Shown here piece by piece: positions 39,016 to 49,404 of a stretch of DNA of 64,000 nucleotides (its first letter is position 1; each line of letters begins with the position of its first letter). The stretch is taken from assembly GCA_013286655.1 (NCBI GenBank), contig JABDFG010000007.1, forward strand, positions 7,216 to 71,215, given 5' to 3'. Position numbers and translations under genes: made by a program. The notes beneath the pieces are model-generated. The model was not told the DNA's origin. It was given only the letters and a program-made list of their open reading frames with translations, and ran no database searches. The stretch comes from Bacteroidota bacterium. Lineage in GTDB: Bacteria > Bacteroidota > Bacteroidia > JABDFU01.

Positions 39016-40248
39016 ATGGTGCTTAATTTTATCTGGATCGCCTTTTTCCTGATCGCCTTCCTGATCGCCCTGGTAAAACTTTTATTCTTTGGGGATACGG
39101 AAATATTTAAGCTGCTTGTCGACAGCACCTTCACTTCTTCTGCGGATGCGTTCACAATATCCATCGGTTTAACCGGAATCATGAGTCTTTGGCTGGGATT
39201 AATGAACATAGGTGAAAAAGCGGGAGCCATTACTTTTTTTTCCAGGCTGGTCAACCCTTTGTTCAGCCGTTTGTTTCCGGATATCCCGAAAGAACACCCG
39301 GCCATCGGAGAGATCGTAATGAATTTCACCGCCAATATGCTTGGTCTTGGAAACGCAGCGACTCCATTGGGACTAAAGGCCATGCAGAGTATGCAGGAGC
39401 TTAATACCGATAAGGAAACAGCATCCAATTCACAAATAATGTTCCTGGTATTGAACACAGCCGGGTTTACGCTTTTGCCAGTAACGATCATGATGTTTCG
39501 CGCCCAAAAAGGTGCGACTGACCCCTCGGACGTTTTTATTCCTATACTCCTGGCCTCTTTTTTTGCAACCATCGGAGGCGTAACGTTCGTCGCGTTGCGC
39601 CAACGTATTAAAATCTTGGACCCGGTTCTTTTGACATGGGTACTAGCCATTAGCGCTGCAATTACCGGCCTCGTTTTCTACTTCCACAGTTTAACACATG
39701 AAAAACTCGTTATCGTTTCTAAAGTAGCAGGCAATTTCATTTTATTCGGAATTATAACTTCATTCATTACTGCAGCCTTCATTAAGAAAGTGAATGTATT
39801 TGAGAGCTTTATTGAAGGCGCCAAAAACGGCTTTGGGACAGCCATTAAAATTATTCCCTACCTGGTTGCCTTTCTTGTTGGAATAGCGGTATTCCGTGCA
39901 TCCGGCGCTATGGACCTTTTATTAAAAGGTATCGGGTATATCCTCTCTGCAGCAGGCCTGCCTACAGACATTGTGAATGCATTGCCCACTGCCTTTATGA
40001 AACCTCTGAGTGGAAGCGGCGCCAGCAGTATGACGCTCGATACCATGAAAACATACGGAGTTGACTCCTTCGCAGGCCGCTTAGCCTGTACCTTCCAGGG
40101 TTCGGCCGATACCACATTTTACATAGTGGCTTTGTATTTCGGATCAGTAGGAATCCGGAAAACCCGCTATGCCATAACATACGGTCTATTGGCTGACCTC
40201 TTCGGATTTATGGCAGCTGTATTTGTAGCTTATTTATTTTTCAAATAG
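39016..40248 (+). CDS. SpmA/SpmB fusion, nucleoside-recognition-gate membrane protein
   Basis: ANMLGLGNAATPLGLKAM; FIEGAK.GF; KPLSGSG; DTTFY..ALYFGSVGIRKTRYA. Confidence 0.88.
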   Translation: MVLNFIWIAFFLIAFLIALVKLLFFGDTEIFKLLVDSTFTSSADAFTISIGLTGIMSLWLGLMNIGEKAGAITFFSRLVNPLFSRLFPDIPKEHPAIGEIVMNFTANMLGLGNAATPLGLKAMQSMQELNTDKETASNSQIMFLVLNTAGFTLLPVTIMMFRAQKGATDPSDVFIPILLASFFATIGGVTFVALRQRIKILDPVLLTWVLAISAAITGLVFYFHSLTHEKLVIVSKVAGNFILFGIITSFITAAFIKKVNVFESFIEGAKNGFGTAIKIIPYLVAFLVGIAVFRASGAMDLLLKGIGYILSAAGLPTDIVNALPTAFMKPLSGSGASSMTLDTMKTYGVDSFAGRLACTFQGSADTTFYIVALYFGSVGIRKTRYAITYGLLADLFGFMAAVFVAYLFFK

Positions 40249-40256
40249 CAGCTATT

Positions 40257-40670
40257 ATGTGGTGGATATTCGCTTTACTATCCGCATTTTTTGCAGCCTT
40301 AACAGCTATACTGGCAAAAGTCGGGATCAAAGGAATTGATACCAATCTGGCCGTAGCTATTCGTACAAGCGTTATATTATTTTTAACCTGGGGAATTGCT
40401 TTCTTTTCAGGAGGAATCCGAAATATTTCTACAGTTAACAAACAGAATCTCATTTTTTTGGTCCTTTCCGGCCTTACCACCGGAATATCCTGGCTATTCT
40501 ATTTTAAAGCCCTTGAAATTGGCAAATTATCTCAAGTTGCACCGGTAGATAAACTCAGCATTGCATTAACCATACTTTTAGCTTACTTTATTCTGAACGA
40601 AACAGTGGATCTGAAAACATTAATAGGTGCCCTTTTGATCCTGGGAGGAACAATCGTTATTATTTTTTAA
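40257..40670 (+). CDS. EamA/DMT-family small transporter
   Basis: ALLSAFFAALTAILAKVG; SWLFYFKAL..G..SQVAPVDKLS. Confidence 0.9.
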   Translation: MWWIFALLSAFFAALTAILAKVGIKGIDTNLAVAIRTSVILFLTWGIAFFSGGIRNISTVNKQNLIFLVLSGLTTGISWLFYFKALEIGKLSQVAPVDKLSIALTILLAYFILNETVDLKTLIGALLILGGTIVIIF

Positions 40671-40679
40671 CCTGACTTC

Positions 40680-42836
40680 TTATAACTTAATTCCGATAAG
40701 CGTCACATCATCTGTTTGCTCCTGATTACCTTTCCACTCGTCAAAAGATTTTGATAAGATAGCCTGTTGTTCTGAAAATGGTTTTGAACAAATCTCCACT
40801 AACAGGCTTTTAAGTTGCTTGTACATGAATTTTTTACCGACAGGTCCACCAAACTGATCTGCGAAACCATCCGTTAATAAATAAAAGACGGTGTCCCTGT
40901 TCCATTTAATACTATGCGTAATAAACGGGCCAGGATTATCCGTTTTGCCAATAGGTTGTTTGTCAGCTCTGATTTCTTTCAATTCTCCCTGTTCCATATA
41001 CCACAAAGGATTATTAGCTCCGCTCCAGGAAATTTTTTGCAAGTGTTTATTAAAGGATAATAATGAAATATCCATTCCATCCCTTACCTCACTATTGCTT
41101 TTGGCAAACGTTTCCAAGACCAGTTCACGGGTCTTGTCCAAGATTTCCCCGGTTTCCCGCAATCCGAATTCTTTAACTGCCCTATTCAAGGCATTGCTAC
41201 AAACAACACTCACCAAAGCACCCGGAACCCCATGACCCGTACTATCCGCAGCGGCAATAAAAGTTGTTTCCCCGGATTGTTCCATCCAATAAAAATCCCC
41301 GGCTACAATGTCCTTGGGTTTGAATATTAAAATACTTTCCGGAAAGCATTTTAATATTTCTTCATCCGACGGGAAAATGGCTTGTTGTAATCGTTTAGCG
41401 TAAGTAATACTTTGAACCATTTCTTTTCGATGTTCCTCCACCATTATTTTTTGCTGCTTAATTACTTGACTTTGTTCGACGGCAATAATTCTTTCACTTT
41501 CAGCTAATTCTCTTTGTTTTTCAACTTCTCCTTTTTGTTTCTCAATAATCACATTCTGACCCTGCGTAATTTTAAACCTGCGGTACAGAGAAAATGAAAA
41601 AATGATAACAAGTAATAAAATACCCGCAACTCCATAAATCACAAGTCTCTGTTTCCTTTTTTCCATAAAATCAATCGCTTGCTGAGCCTCTGCCTGAGCC
41701 TTCATCTCTGTCTCTTTTTTCGTTACCTCAAAATTTGTTTTTAAATCGCCGAGTTGTTTGTTCTTGTCAGTATTAAAAATACTATCCTTCAATTTTGTAA
41801 ATTGCACATAGTTATTATAAGCGTCCTGATATATACCAGTCTGGGCATAAACATCCGAGATATTTTGATATAAAAAACTTTCCGTGTTAATATCTCCAAT
41901 CTCCTTAGTTAATCGCAGACCAGAATCAATATATTCAATAGCGAGCTTATACTTTTTGACTTTATTATAAAATACACCCATATTATTGTAACAATTTGCT
42001 GCCCCCTCCTTATTTCCTATTTCCTTTTGTATTTGCAAATCTTTTAATTCATACTGGATGGCTTTAGAATAGTCAGACAAATGTTGATAGGCAATTCCAA
42101 TATTTCCATAACAATTTCCTATGCCATTTTTATCTCCCAATTCTTCCAATATTTTTAAAGCTTTATTTTGATAATCCAAAGCTTTTACAAAATCCGATTG
42201 AGAACCATATACAATTCCGATGTTAACATAACAAAATCCCAATGTTTGCTTGTCTTTATTTTCCTTTGCTATTTCTAAAGATTTTAGCAAATATTCTAAC
42301 GCTTTGGCATAATTACCCTGAACTATGTAAATGATACCAATGGTGTTGTAACATTCTCCAACCCCTTGCTTATATCCAATTTCCTGCCTGATTTCTAACG
42401 CTTTAAGAGAACACTCAAGGGCTGTGGGATAATCACTTTGATGCTGATAAACCAATCCCATATTATAATATACATTTCCTACTCTTTTTTTATCTCCGAT
42501 TTCTTCAAATTTCTTAAACGCTTTTAAATAATATTCCAAAGCGGAGGGATAATTACTTTTATTATCTAACGAAGAGCCTATCGTATTATATGCCTTTCCT
42601 TCAAATTCCTTTTGATTTGTCTTTTCAGCTAAGTGTCTTTCCTGCTCCGCAAGTATAATTGCCGTATCAGGTTTATTACTGCGATAGCTCCAGGCAATAT
42701 CTTGTATCGCTTTCAGGCGGTTCGTATCCGCCTGATTCATATTATTATATACAGTCCACAGCGAATCCAATTTTTTATTCTGTCCTTGAATAAAGGAGCA
42801 AATAAAAAAACAGATGAGAAATAGGCATTTTTTCAT
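40680..42836 (-). CDS. TPR-repeat sensor + TM + SpoIIE/PP2C-type phosphatase
   Basis: Signal peptide, about 7 TPRs, TM helix, SITYAKRLQQAI, KPKDIVAGDFYW, DSTGHGVPGA, DGMD, TDGFADQFGG, QTDDV. Confidence 0.9.
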   Translation of the reverse strand: MKKCLFLICFFICSFIQGQNKKLDSLWTVYNNMNQADTNRLKAIQDIAWSYRSNKPDTAIILAEQERHLAEKTNQKEFEGKAYNTIGSSLDNKSNYPSALEYYLKAFKKFEEIGDKKRVGNVYYNMGLVYQHQSDYPTALECSLKALEIRQEIGYKQGVGECYNTIGIIYIVQGNYAKALEYLLKSLEIAKENKDKQTLGFCYVNIGIVYGSQSDFVKALDYQNKALKILEELGDKNGIGNCYGNIGIAYQHLSDYSKAIQYELKDLQIQKEIGNKEGAANCYNNMGVFYNKVKKYKLAIEYIDSGLRLTKEIGDINTESFLYQNISDVYAQTGIYQDAYNNYVQFTKLKDSIFNTDKNKQLGDLKTNFEVTKKETEMKAQAEAQQAIDFMEKRKQRLVIYGVAGILLLVIIFSFSLYRRFKITQGQNVIIEKQKGEVEKQRELAESERIIAVEQSQVIKQQKIMVEEHRKEMVQSITYAKRLQQAIFPSDEEILKCFPESILIFKPKDIVAGDFYWMEQSGETTFIAAADSTGHGVPGALVSVVCSNALNRAVKEFGLRETGEILDKTRELVLETFAKSNSEVRDGMDISLLSFNKHLQKISWSGANNPLWYMEQGELKEIRADKQPIGKTDNPGPFITHSIKWNRDTVFYLLTDGFADQFGGPVGKKFMYKQLKSLLVEICSKPFSEQQAILSKSFDEWKGNQEQTDDVTLIGIKL

Positions 42837-42849
42837 TCGCCGAAGTTTG

Positions 42850-43464
42850 TCAAGCTATGTGTGATTGAAGCACTTCCCGTATAAGAGGATACGTATTCTT
42901 TAGGGCCAGTTTCAGTTCTTCCTGATTCATCCAACGGGCATCGGTAATATTTTCTTCCAATTGAGGAGTTAATGTATAATCAGATCCTGTATAATTCATC
43001 TCAAACCAATAGGTTTTTTTGAGTATGTGTTTCCCATTCAAAAGGTACGTATGATAGGTAACAGGCGCCTCCCCACTTATCTTAATCTCCTGTATACCAC
43101 ATTCTTCCTGTACTTCCCGGATAGCCGCCGCCTTCACTTGCTCCCCTTTTTCAATTTTCCCCTTTGGCAAATCCCAACGCTCCAGACGGAAAATTAATAG
43201 CAATTCCGCCCTATTGTTTTTAACGAGTCCTCCAGCTGCTTCTATCAGTTTAAAACACTCCTGGAATTTCTTCCAGAGAAGCTCCACATCAGCATATAAA
43301 AAACAAAGCTTCTGAATAAAGCTTTGTTCCACAAATATTTTATACTCCCTAAAAAGCTGCTCCTGACTCAGATACCTTATCACCTGGATATGATTATCCT
43401 CCACAAAAGAATTCTTTTCATGAACCAGATGAACGATTTTATCTTTTGCAAAAATTGTATACAC
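42850..43464 (-). CDS. NUDIX hydrolase
   Basis: AAGGLV, WDLPKGKIEKGE...AAIREVQEECG Nudix box. Confidence 0.92.
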   Translation of the reverse strand: MYTIFAKDKIVHLVHEKNSFVEDNHIQVIRYLSQEQLFREYKIFVEQSFIQKLCFLYADVELLWKKFQECFKLIEAAGGLVKNNRAELLLIFRLERWDLPKGKIEKGEQVKAAAIREVQEECGIQEIKISGEAPVTYHTYLLNGKHILKKTYWFEMNYTGSDYTLTPQLEENITDARWMNQEELKLALKNTYPLIREVLQSHIA

Positions 43465-43560
43465 AGTATTTTTTTGTTTATCAGATGTTGTTCAAATTTA
43501 TATTATTAGATAAATTTTGAACAGCCTCTTAGAGATAAATATTATGGTTATATTCGCCGA

Positions 43561-44217
43561 ATGATAAAGAACGAGGAAACTGCGCTTAAAATTGCTGAAT
43601 TTTTACTTCAAATCAAAGCGATAAAATTACAACCGAACAATCCTTTTACCTGGGCATCTGGCTGGAAATCGCCCATCTATTGCGACAACCGCAAAACACT
43701 CTCCTATCCTAAGGTACGTACAAATATTCGCCAACAATTTGTGGAAATGATCAACTCCGAATTTGGAAAACCGGACGTGATTGCGGGTGTTGCAACAGGA
43801 GGAATAGCACATGGTGCATTGGTAGCACAGGAATTAGGACTTCCCTTTGTTTACATCCGTTCTGAAGCGAAGGCTCATGGACTTGGCAACGTAATAGAAG
43901 GAGTGGTTGAAAGCGGGCAATCGATAGTTGTTGTGGAAGATCTCATATCCACCGGAGGCAGTAGTCTGAAAGCGGTAGAGGCTTTACGTAAAGAAAAATG
44001 CTCCGTAAAAGGACTTATTTCTATCTTCTCCTATGGTTTTCAAATTGCAGACGAAGCTTTTAAAAAGGCAAAATGCAAGGCTGTTTCTCTTTGCGATTAT
44101 GATATTTTAGTAAAGCAAGCCCTTAAGTCAAAATACATAACTGACAATGATTTGCTTTCTCTGCAAAGCTGGCGTGAAAATCCAGCGGGATGGGGCCTGG
44201 AAATAAAAAGTCGTTAA
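43561..44217 (+). CDS. pyrE: Orotate phosphoribosyltransferase
   Basis: FTWASGWKSPIYCDNR, VVVEDLISTGGSS. Confidence 0.96.
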   Translation: MIKNEETALKIAEFLLQIKAIKLQPNNPFTWASGWKSPIYCDNRKTLSYPKVRTNIRQQFVEMINSEFGKPDVIAGVATGGIAHGALVAQELGLPFVYIRSEAKAHGLGNVIEGVVESGQSIVVVEDLISTGGSSLKAVEALRKEKCSVKGLISIFSYGFQIADEAFKKAKCKAVSLCDYDILVKQALKSKYITDNDLLSLQSWRENPAGWGLEIKSR

Positions 44218-44260
44218 TTGTCAGACAATGCTTTAGTATAAATGACCAATTAATTAAACG

Positions 44261-44662
44261 ATGACCACTATAGAAAGTAACAAAATTGAAATTGACAACT
44301 CAGCTGAAAATGTATTCAATTACCTCAGTAATTTCAATAACTTTCAACGCTTAATGCCTGATCAGGTTACCAATTGGAGTTCCTCTGAAACCGAATGCTC
44401 TTTCACCATTAATGGTATGGCGACGATTGGAATGAAAATCATAGAGAAAACACCGAACTCTCACATTAAAATAGCCTCTAATGGAAAGGTGCCTTTCAAC
44501 TTTATCCTGCATACTAACCTTACCTCTGTTTCTCCGGACAAAACAAACGGTCAATTGGTTTTTGAAGCCGAATTGAATCCCATGATAAAAATGATGGTAG
44601 AAAAACCCTTGACCAATTTTTTTAATCTTTTGGCAGAAAAAATGAAAGACATAAAGAAATAA
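44261..44662 (+). CDS. SRPBCC/CoxG-like protein
   Basis: VFNYLSNFNNF..LMP; LNPMIKMMVEKPL..F; commonly follows pyrE in Bacteroidota. Confidence 0.75.
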   Translation: MTTIESNKIEIDNSAENVFNYLSNFNNFQRLMPDQVTNWSSSETECSFTINGMATIGMKIIEKTPNSHIKIASNGKVPFNFILHTNLTSVSPDKTNGQLVFEAELNPMIKMMVEKPLTNFFNLLAEKMKDIKK

Positions 44663-44663
44663 A

Positions 44664-45431
44664 TTAAGAATTACCACAAAAAGTGATTTCCTTAAAACCA
44701 TATTCCGAAATTTCCCCGTTTTCCTGTTTAAGCAATAATTTTCCTTGTTCATTTACACCTGTTAAAATAGCGCCAAACCGCTTTCCATCTTTTTCATAAT
44801 CACCCAGTTCGCCTAATTTATACAAACGTTCTTCGTAATCCGAATCCAGTAATTCCATTTTATTGGCTTTTAGCTGCAAATACCTGGCTTCAATATGTTC
44901 ACAAAGCCTGCTCAGACAATCGCTCAAATCGAAAACGGTATTCGACAGTATTTGCAGAGAAGTTGCATTACTCAAACCATTAAATTTTTTCTGATTCACA
45001 TTCAGCCCAATGCCAATTACACTGGAAAAAATCTGTTCTGCTCTTAAATTATTTTCGATTAATACACCTGCTATTTTTTTATCCGATACATAAATATCAT
45101 TAGGCCACTTTATTTTAATATCCGATCCAGCATCTTTTTTACCGATTAATTCTGATACAAATGTTTCAAGTCCAAGTGCAATAACCTTGGTCAGGTAAAA
45201 TTGCCTCCTAACCGTTAAATCAGGATACAAAATGATACTCATTGTCAGATTCTGAAAAGGCTCAGCCAACCAATTATTTTCCCTTTGTCCTCGTCCTTTT
45301 GTTTGTTCCAGAGCCCATATAAGGGTACCTTCCATCACCTGAGTATCTTTCAACAGCTGCAAGGCATAATTATTGGTCGAATCAACGGAAGCCAATCGGA
45401 CCAGGTTTTGCCCTATAAATAACGTTTGCAT
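44664..45431 (-). CDS. birA: Biotin--[acetyl-CoA-carboxylase] ligase (no HTH)
   Basis: VDSTNNYA, QTKGRGQ, KWPNDI, KIAGVLIE, GIGLNV. Confidence 0.94.
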   Translation of the reverse strand: MQTLFIGQNLVRLASVDSTNNYALQLLKDTQVMEGTLIWALEQTKGRGQRENNWLAEPFQNLTMSIILYPDLTVRRQFYLTKVIALGLETFVSELIGKKDAGSDIKIKWPNDIYVSDKKIAGVLIENNLRAEQIFSSVIGIGLNVNQKKFNGLSNATSLQILSNTVFDLSDCLSRLCEHIEARYLQLKANKMELLDSDYEERLYKLGELGDYEKDGKRFGAILTGVNEQGKLLLKQENGEISEYGFKEITFCGNS

Positions 45432-45498
45432 GGACTGTTTATCAGGGATTAATGCTTATTTTTGTGCGAATAATACCAAAGTAACTCATTTATTTTGA

Positions 45499-45867
45499 AT
45501 GGCTAAAAAGAAAAAGAAATCTCAATCGTCTACCCTGGTAGAAGCAATAATTAAAGGAATACAAGAGATAAAAGGACAGAACATCATATGCCTGGATCTG
45601 AGAAAAATACAAAATGCAGTTTGTGAACATTTTATAATATGCGAAGGGACAGCTACTACACAAGTGAGTGCAATAGCCGACTCCATCAAAGAAGAGGTTA
45701 AAAAAGGGACCGGAGAAAAACCTTTTCATTCCGAAGGATATGAAAATTCGCAATGGATATTGGTGGATTACATAACTGTGGTAGTGCATGTGTTTCTTCC
45801 GGACGTTCGTAACTTCTATAACCTGGAAGATCTTTGGGCAGATGCAGAAACAATGGCATACGCTTAA
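45499..45867 (+). CDS. rsfS: Ribosome silencing factor
   Basis: WILVDY..VVVHVF....RNFYNLEDLWAD; TATTTTTG -7 element at 45457-45464. Confidence 0.95.
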   Translation: MAKKKKKSQSSTLVEAIIKGIQEIKGQNIICLDLRKIQNAVCEHFIICEGTATTQVSAIADSIKEEVKKGTGEKPFHSEGYENSQWILVDYITVVVHVFLPDVRNFYNLEDLWADAETMAYA

Positions 45868-45892
45868 AATTAAATAGTTTAATGATTAATCA

Positions 45893-47914
45893 ATGAGCGA
45901 AGACACTAAAAAGAACGAGGGCAAGAATCAGTTCGAAAAAGTTAAAGAACGATTGTCGAAAAAACCTCAAATGCCTAAGAATTCCTTCAATATTTATTGG
46001 ATATATGCGGTCATATTGGCCATTCTGATAGGTTTGGAACTTTTCAGCCCTTTTGGGGGAGAAGGAAAAGAAATCAGCACCGGCCGTTTTTTAGATGAAA
46101 TGCTCAAAAAAAATCATGTTAGAAAAATTGTGGTTGTAAACGGGGATCTGGCCGAAATTTTTATCAAGAAAGACAGCCTCGTTTTACATCAGTATGATTC
46201 TGTTCGTGTAAAATCAATTGGGGGAGGAATAAATACAGGACCTCACTTCCTGATCAAAAATCTGAATGACGAAAATTTCGAAAAAGCAGTTGCGGAAGTT
46301 CAAAAAGACATTCCCTACAAGGACCGGGTCTATCCTGAAAAAATAACCCGAACCAATTGGTACGAGCCTATTGGTTCGCTTCTTATTCCAACTATTATCA
46401 TTATCATTATATGGATCATTGTTATGCGCAGAATGGCTGGAGGAGGAGGAGGAGGACAAATATTCAATATCGGCAAATCCAAAGCCCAGCTTTTTGATAA
46501 AGATACCAATGTAAGCATAACTTTCAATGATGTCGCGGGTTTAGAAGGCGCCAAAATTGAGATAAAAGAAATTGTCGATTTTCTGAAGCAACCGAAAAAA
46601 TACACTGAACTGGGTGCTAAAATTCCTAAAGGTGCATTATTGGTTGGCCCTCCCGGTACGGGAAAAACACTTTTGGCAAAGGCCGTTGCCGGAGAAGCAA
46701 AAGTTCCATTCTTTTCTTTATCGGGTTCCGACTTTGTGGAAATGTTTGTCGGTGTAGGAGCATCCCGGGTACGTGATCTTTTCCGCCAGGCAAAGGAAAA
46801 AGCCCCTTGCATCATTTTCATTGATGAAGTAGACGCCGTTGGACGGGCCAGGGGCAAAAGCCCAATGACCGGAGCAAATGATGAGCGCGAAAGCACTTTA
46901 AACCAACTGTTAACAGAAATGGACGGCTTTGGGACCAATAGCGGTGTCATTATTTTAGCCGCCACAAACAGGGCGGATGTATTGGACAGAGCACTTTTGC
47001 GGGCAGGTCGATTCGACAGGCAGATATATGTCGATATGCCCGATAAAAATGAGCGCAGTGAAATATTTAAGGTGCATTTAAAACCATTGAAACTGGATCA
47101 GGGACTGGATATAGAATTTCTGGCTAAACAGACACCTGGTTTTTCGGGAGCGGACATCGCAAACGTATGTAACGAAGCCGCACTTATTGCTGCCCGTCAC
47201 GATAAAAAAACCGTCGGCAGACAGGACTTCCTGGATGCAGTGGACCGTATCATTGGAGGATTAGAAAAAAGGAATAAAATCATTTCAGTACACGAAAAAA
47301 AGGTAATTGCTTTTCATGAAGCGGGTCACGCTGCTGTCAGCTGGCTGATGGAACATGCTTCCCCTTTGGTAAAAGTTACGATCGTGCCACGTGGAAGGTC
47401 CCTTGGAGCCGCCTGGTATTTACCGGAAGAGCGCCAAATAACGACAACAGAACAAATGTTTGATGAACTTTGTGCTGCCCTTGGAGGACGCGCGGCGGAA
47501 GAAATTATTTTTGAAAAAATTTCAACCGGAGCTTTAAGTGATCTTGAAAAAATAACCAAACAGGCTTATGCGATGGTCATGTATTATGGCCTGAACGATA
47601 AGGTAGGAAATGTCAGCTTTTACGATTCTACCGGACAGTCTGAATATGCTTTTAATAAACCTTACAGCGAAAAAACAGCCCAGATAATTGACGAAGAAGT
47701 AAGCAAGCTGATTGAAAAAGCTTACCTGCGCACCAAAGAAATATTAATACAAAATAAGCACTTACTCACACAACTGGCCGATTTATTATTGGAAAAAGAA
47801 GTGATTTTCAAAGAAGACTTGGAGCGAATCTTTGGAGAACGACCTTTTGATAAAAAAGAAGAAGTAATGACCGAGCTATCCAAAGCCGCAGAAAACCCAG
47901 CAACTTTATTTTAA
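45893..47914 (+). CDS. ftsH: ATP-dependent zinc metalloprotease FtsH
   Basis: Two TM helices, GPPGTGKT, IFIDEVD, RAGRFDRQI, HEAGH. Confidence 0.98.
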   Translation: MSEDTKKNEGKNQFEKVKERLSKKPQMPKNSFNIYWIYAVILAILIGLELFSPFGGEGKEISTGRFLDEMLKKNHVRKIVVVNGDLAEIFIKKDSLVLHQYDSVRVKSIGGGINTGPHFLIKNLNDENFEKAVAEVQKDIPYKDRVYPEKITRTNWYEPIGSLLIPTIIIIIIWIIVMRRMAGGGGGGQIFNIGKSKAQLFDKDTNVSITFNDVAGLEGAKIEIKEIVDFLKQPKKYTELGAKIPKGALLVGPPGTGKTLLAKAVAGEAKVPFFSLSGSDFVEMFVGVGASRVRDLFRQAKEKAPCIIFIDEVDAVGRARGKSPMTGANDERESTLNQLLTEMDGFGTNSGVIILAATNRADVLDRALLRAGRFDRQIYVDMPDKNERSEIFKVHLKPLKLDQGLDIEFLAKQTPGFSGADIANVCNEAALIAARHDKKTVGRQDFLDAVDRIIGGLEKRNKIISVHEKKVIAFHEAGHAAVSWLMEHASPLVKVTIVPRGRSLGAAWYLPEERQITTTEQMFDELCAALGGRAAEEIIFEKISTGALSDLEKITKQAYAMVMYYGLNDKVGNVSFYDSTGQSEYAFNKPYSEKTAQIIDEEVSKLIEKAYLRTKEILIQNKHLLTQLADLLLEKEVIFKEDLERIFGERPFDKKEEVMTELSKAAENPATLF

Positions 47915-48561
47915 TGGAAGAAAGCACCTCCAAGGAAAAAATACTAAAAAAAATACGGAAAGCGCTGATCCATAAATCCGAATTGGATTATGGAACCGTT
48001 GACTTTGATTCGGAAATATATGCATCATCCGGAGAACCTCTGGAAATATTATTTGCCCAACAGTTTACAGCTCTTAACGGTAAATTCGCTTTTTGCGAAA
48101 ACGAAAACGAGTTTCTAACAACCTTTTCCTCCCTCATCAAAGAAAATAAATGGGAGCAGGTATTTTGCCTGGATGAAAAAATAAAAACTCTTTTAAAAAA
48201 AGGGGATATTACTTTTTTCGATAAGGAAGCAGATTTCGCTAATGTCAATGTCGGAGTTACAACCTGTGAATACCTGATTGCCCGTACAGGAAGTGTTCTT
48301 ATCAGTTCAAAACAAGAATCCGGCAGGCGTCTACCAGCTTATGCCAATTACCATGTTGTCCTTGCTTACAGCAATCAGTTGGTGCACAGCGTAAAAGATG
48401 CCCTGAAAGAAATGAAAAGCAAATACGGCAACAATGTCCCCTCACTTATCTCTGCTATTACTGGTCCCAGCCGTACAGCAGATATTGAGAAAACCCTGGT
48501 ACAAGGAGCACATGGTCCGAAAGAGATCTACGTTTTATTAATCGACTCACCAGCCAACTAA
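47914..48561 (+). CDS. LUD-domain protein (LutC/YkgG-like)
   Basis: ARTGSV, ITGPSRTADIEKTLV.GAHGP. Confidence 0.9.
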   Translation: MEESTSKEKILKKIRKALIHKSELDYGTVDFDSEIYASSGEPLEILFAQQFTALNGKFAFCENENEFLTTFSSLIKENKWEQVFCLDEKIKTLLKKGDITFFDKEADFANVNVGVTTCEYLIARTGSVLISSKQESGRRLPAYANYHVVLAYSNQLVHSVKDALKEMKSKYGNNVPSLISAITGPSRTADIEKTLVQGAHGPKEIYVLLIDSPAN

Positions 48562-48570
48562 AAAATTGTT

Positions 48571-49404
48571 TTGACACAGCGCACTATAACCGGAGGTATA
48601 TTTGTGAGCATACTCATTGGCGCTATTCTATTCAGTGCTTATTCATTTTCTCTTTTATTTTTCGGGATTACTATTATTGGGTTATGGGAATTTTACATCC
48701 TTTCCATTAAAACAGGTCATGATCCACAAAAAATAATGGGAATACTGATCGGTGCGCTTATATTTACCGGGAACACATTGAATTTTAGTTCTACTTTCCG
48801 GCAGTATACTTTTATCCCATTAGCGTTATTATTACCTGCCATATTCAGCGTTTTCATAATTGAATTGTACCGAAAAAAGGATAAGCCTTTTGGAAATATT
48901 GCTTTCACTTTTGTCGGGATTATCTATATTGTTCTACCCTTTTCATTGCTGAGCATGATTGCCTTTCAGGATGCATGGTGGATAGGTAGTTATATTTACA
49001 ATCCTCACAAAATAGCAGGAATCCTTTTTATTTTATGGGCAAGTGATACTGGCGCCTACTTATCGGGAAAAGCGTTCGGGAAACATAAACTATTTGAACG
49101 GATTTCACCTGGAAAAACATGGGAAGGAACAATTGGAGGTGGGATTCTTAGCCTCGCGATAGCCTATGTGGTTTCCCTATTTTATAAGGAGTTAACAGTA
49201 ATTGACTGGATGATTATTTCGCTGATTATTGTGGTTATCGGAAACTTCGGCGACCTGGTAGAATCTCTATTTAAAAGAAGTATTGACGCAAAAGATTCCG
49301 GAACTATTTTACCCGGACACGGAGGTATTTTAGACCGGTTTGACAGCCTGATATTATCAACTCCGTTTATATTTATGTACCTTATTTTTACAAATAAATT
49401 ATGA
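48571..49404 (+). CDS. cdsA: Phosphatidate cytidylyltransferase
   Basis: DTGAY..G..FGKHKL...ISPGKTWEG; GDLVES.FKR...KDSG..LPGHGGILDRFDS. Confidence 0.96.
   Translation: MTQRTITGGIFVSILIGAILFSAYSFSLLFFGITIIGLWEFYILSIKTGHDPQKIMGILIGALIFTGNTLNFSSTFRQYTFIPLALLLPAIFSVFIIELYRKKDKPFGNIAFTFVGIIYIVLPFSLLSMIAFQDAWWIGSYIYNPHKIAGILFILWASDTGAYLSGKAFGKHKLFERISPGKTWEGTIGGGILSLAIAYVVSLFYKELTVIDWMIISLIIVVIGNFGDLVESLFKRSIDAKDSGTILPGHGGILDRFDSLILSTPFIFMYLIFTNKL

Noticed and set aside
39003-39650. 215-aa antisense ORF (likewise 46330-46965, 51611-52279, 32140-32655, 8457-8930, 50147-50623 and other short track ORFs)
   Set aside because: Shadow frames overlapping well-supported conserved genes, with no recognisable motifs.
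39016-40248. Spore maturation protein as evidence of sporulation
   Set aside because: SpmA/B fusions are widespread membrane proteins in non-sporulating bacteria, including Bacteroidota.
43487-43525. Imperfect inverted repeat between the NUDIX gene and pyrE
   Set aside because: Largely explained by divergent TAAATTTG-like promoter elements in AT-rich DNA.
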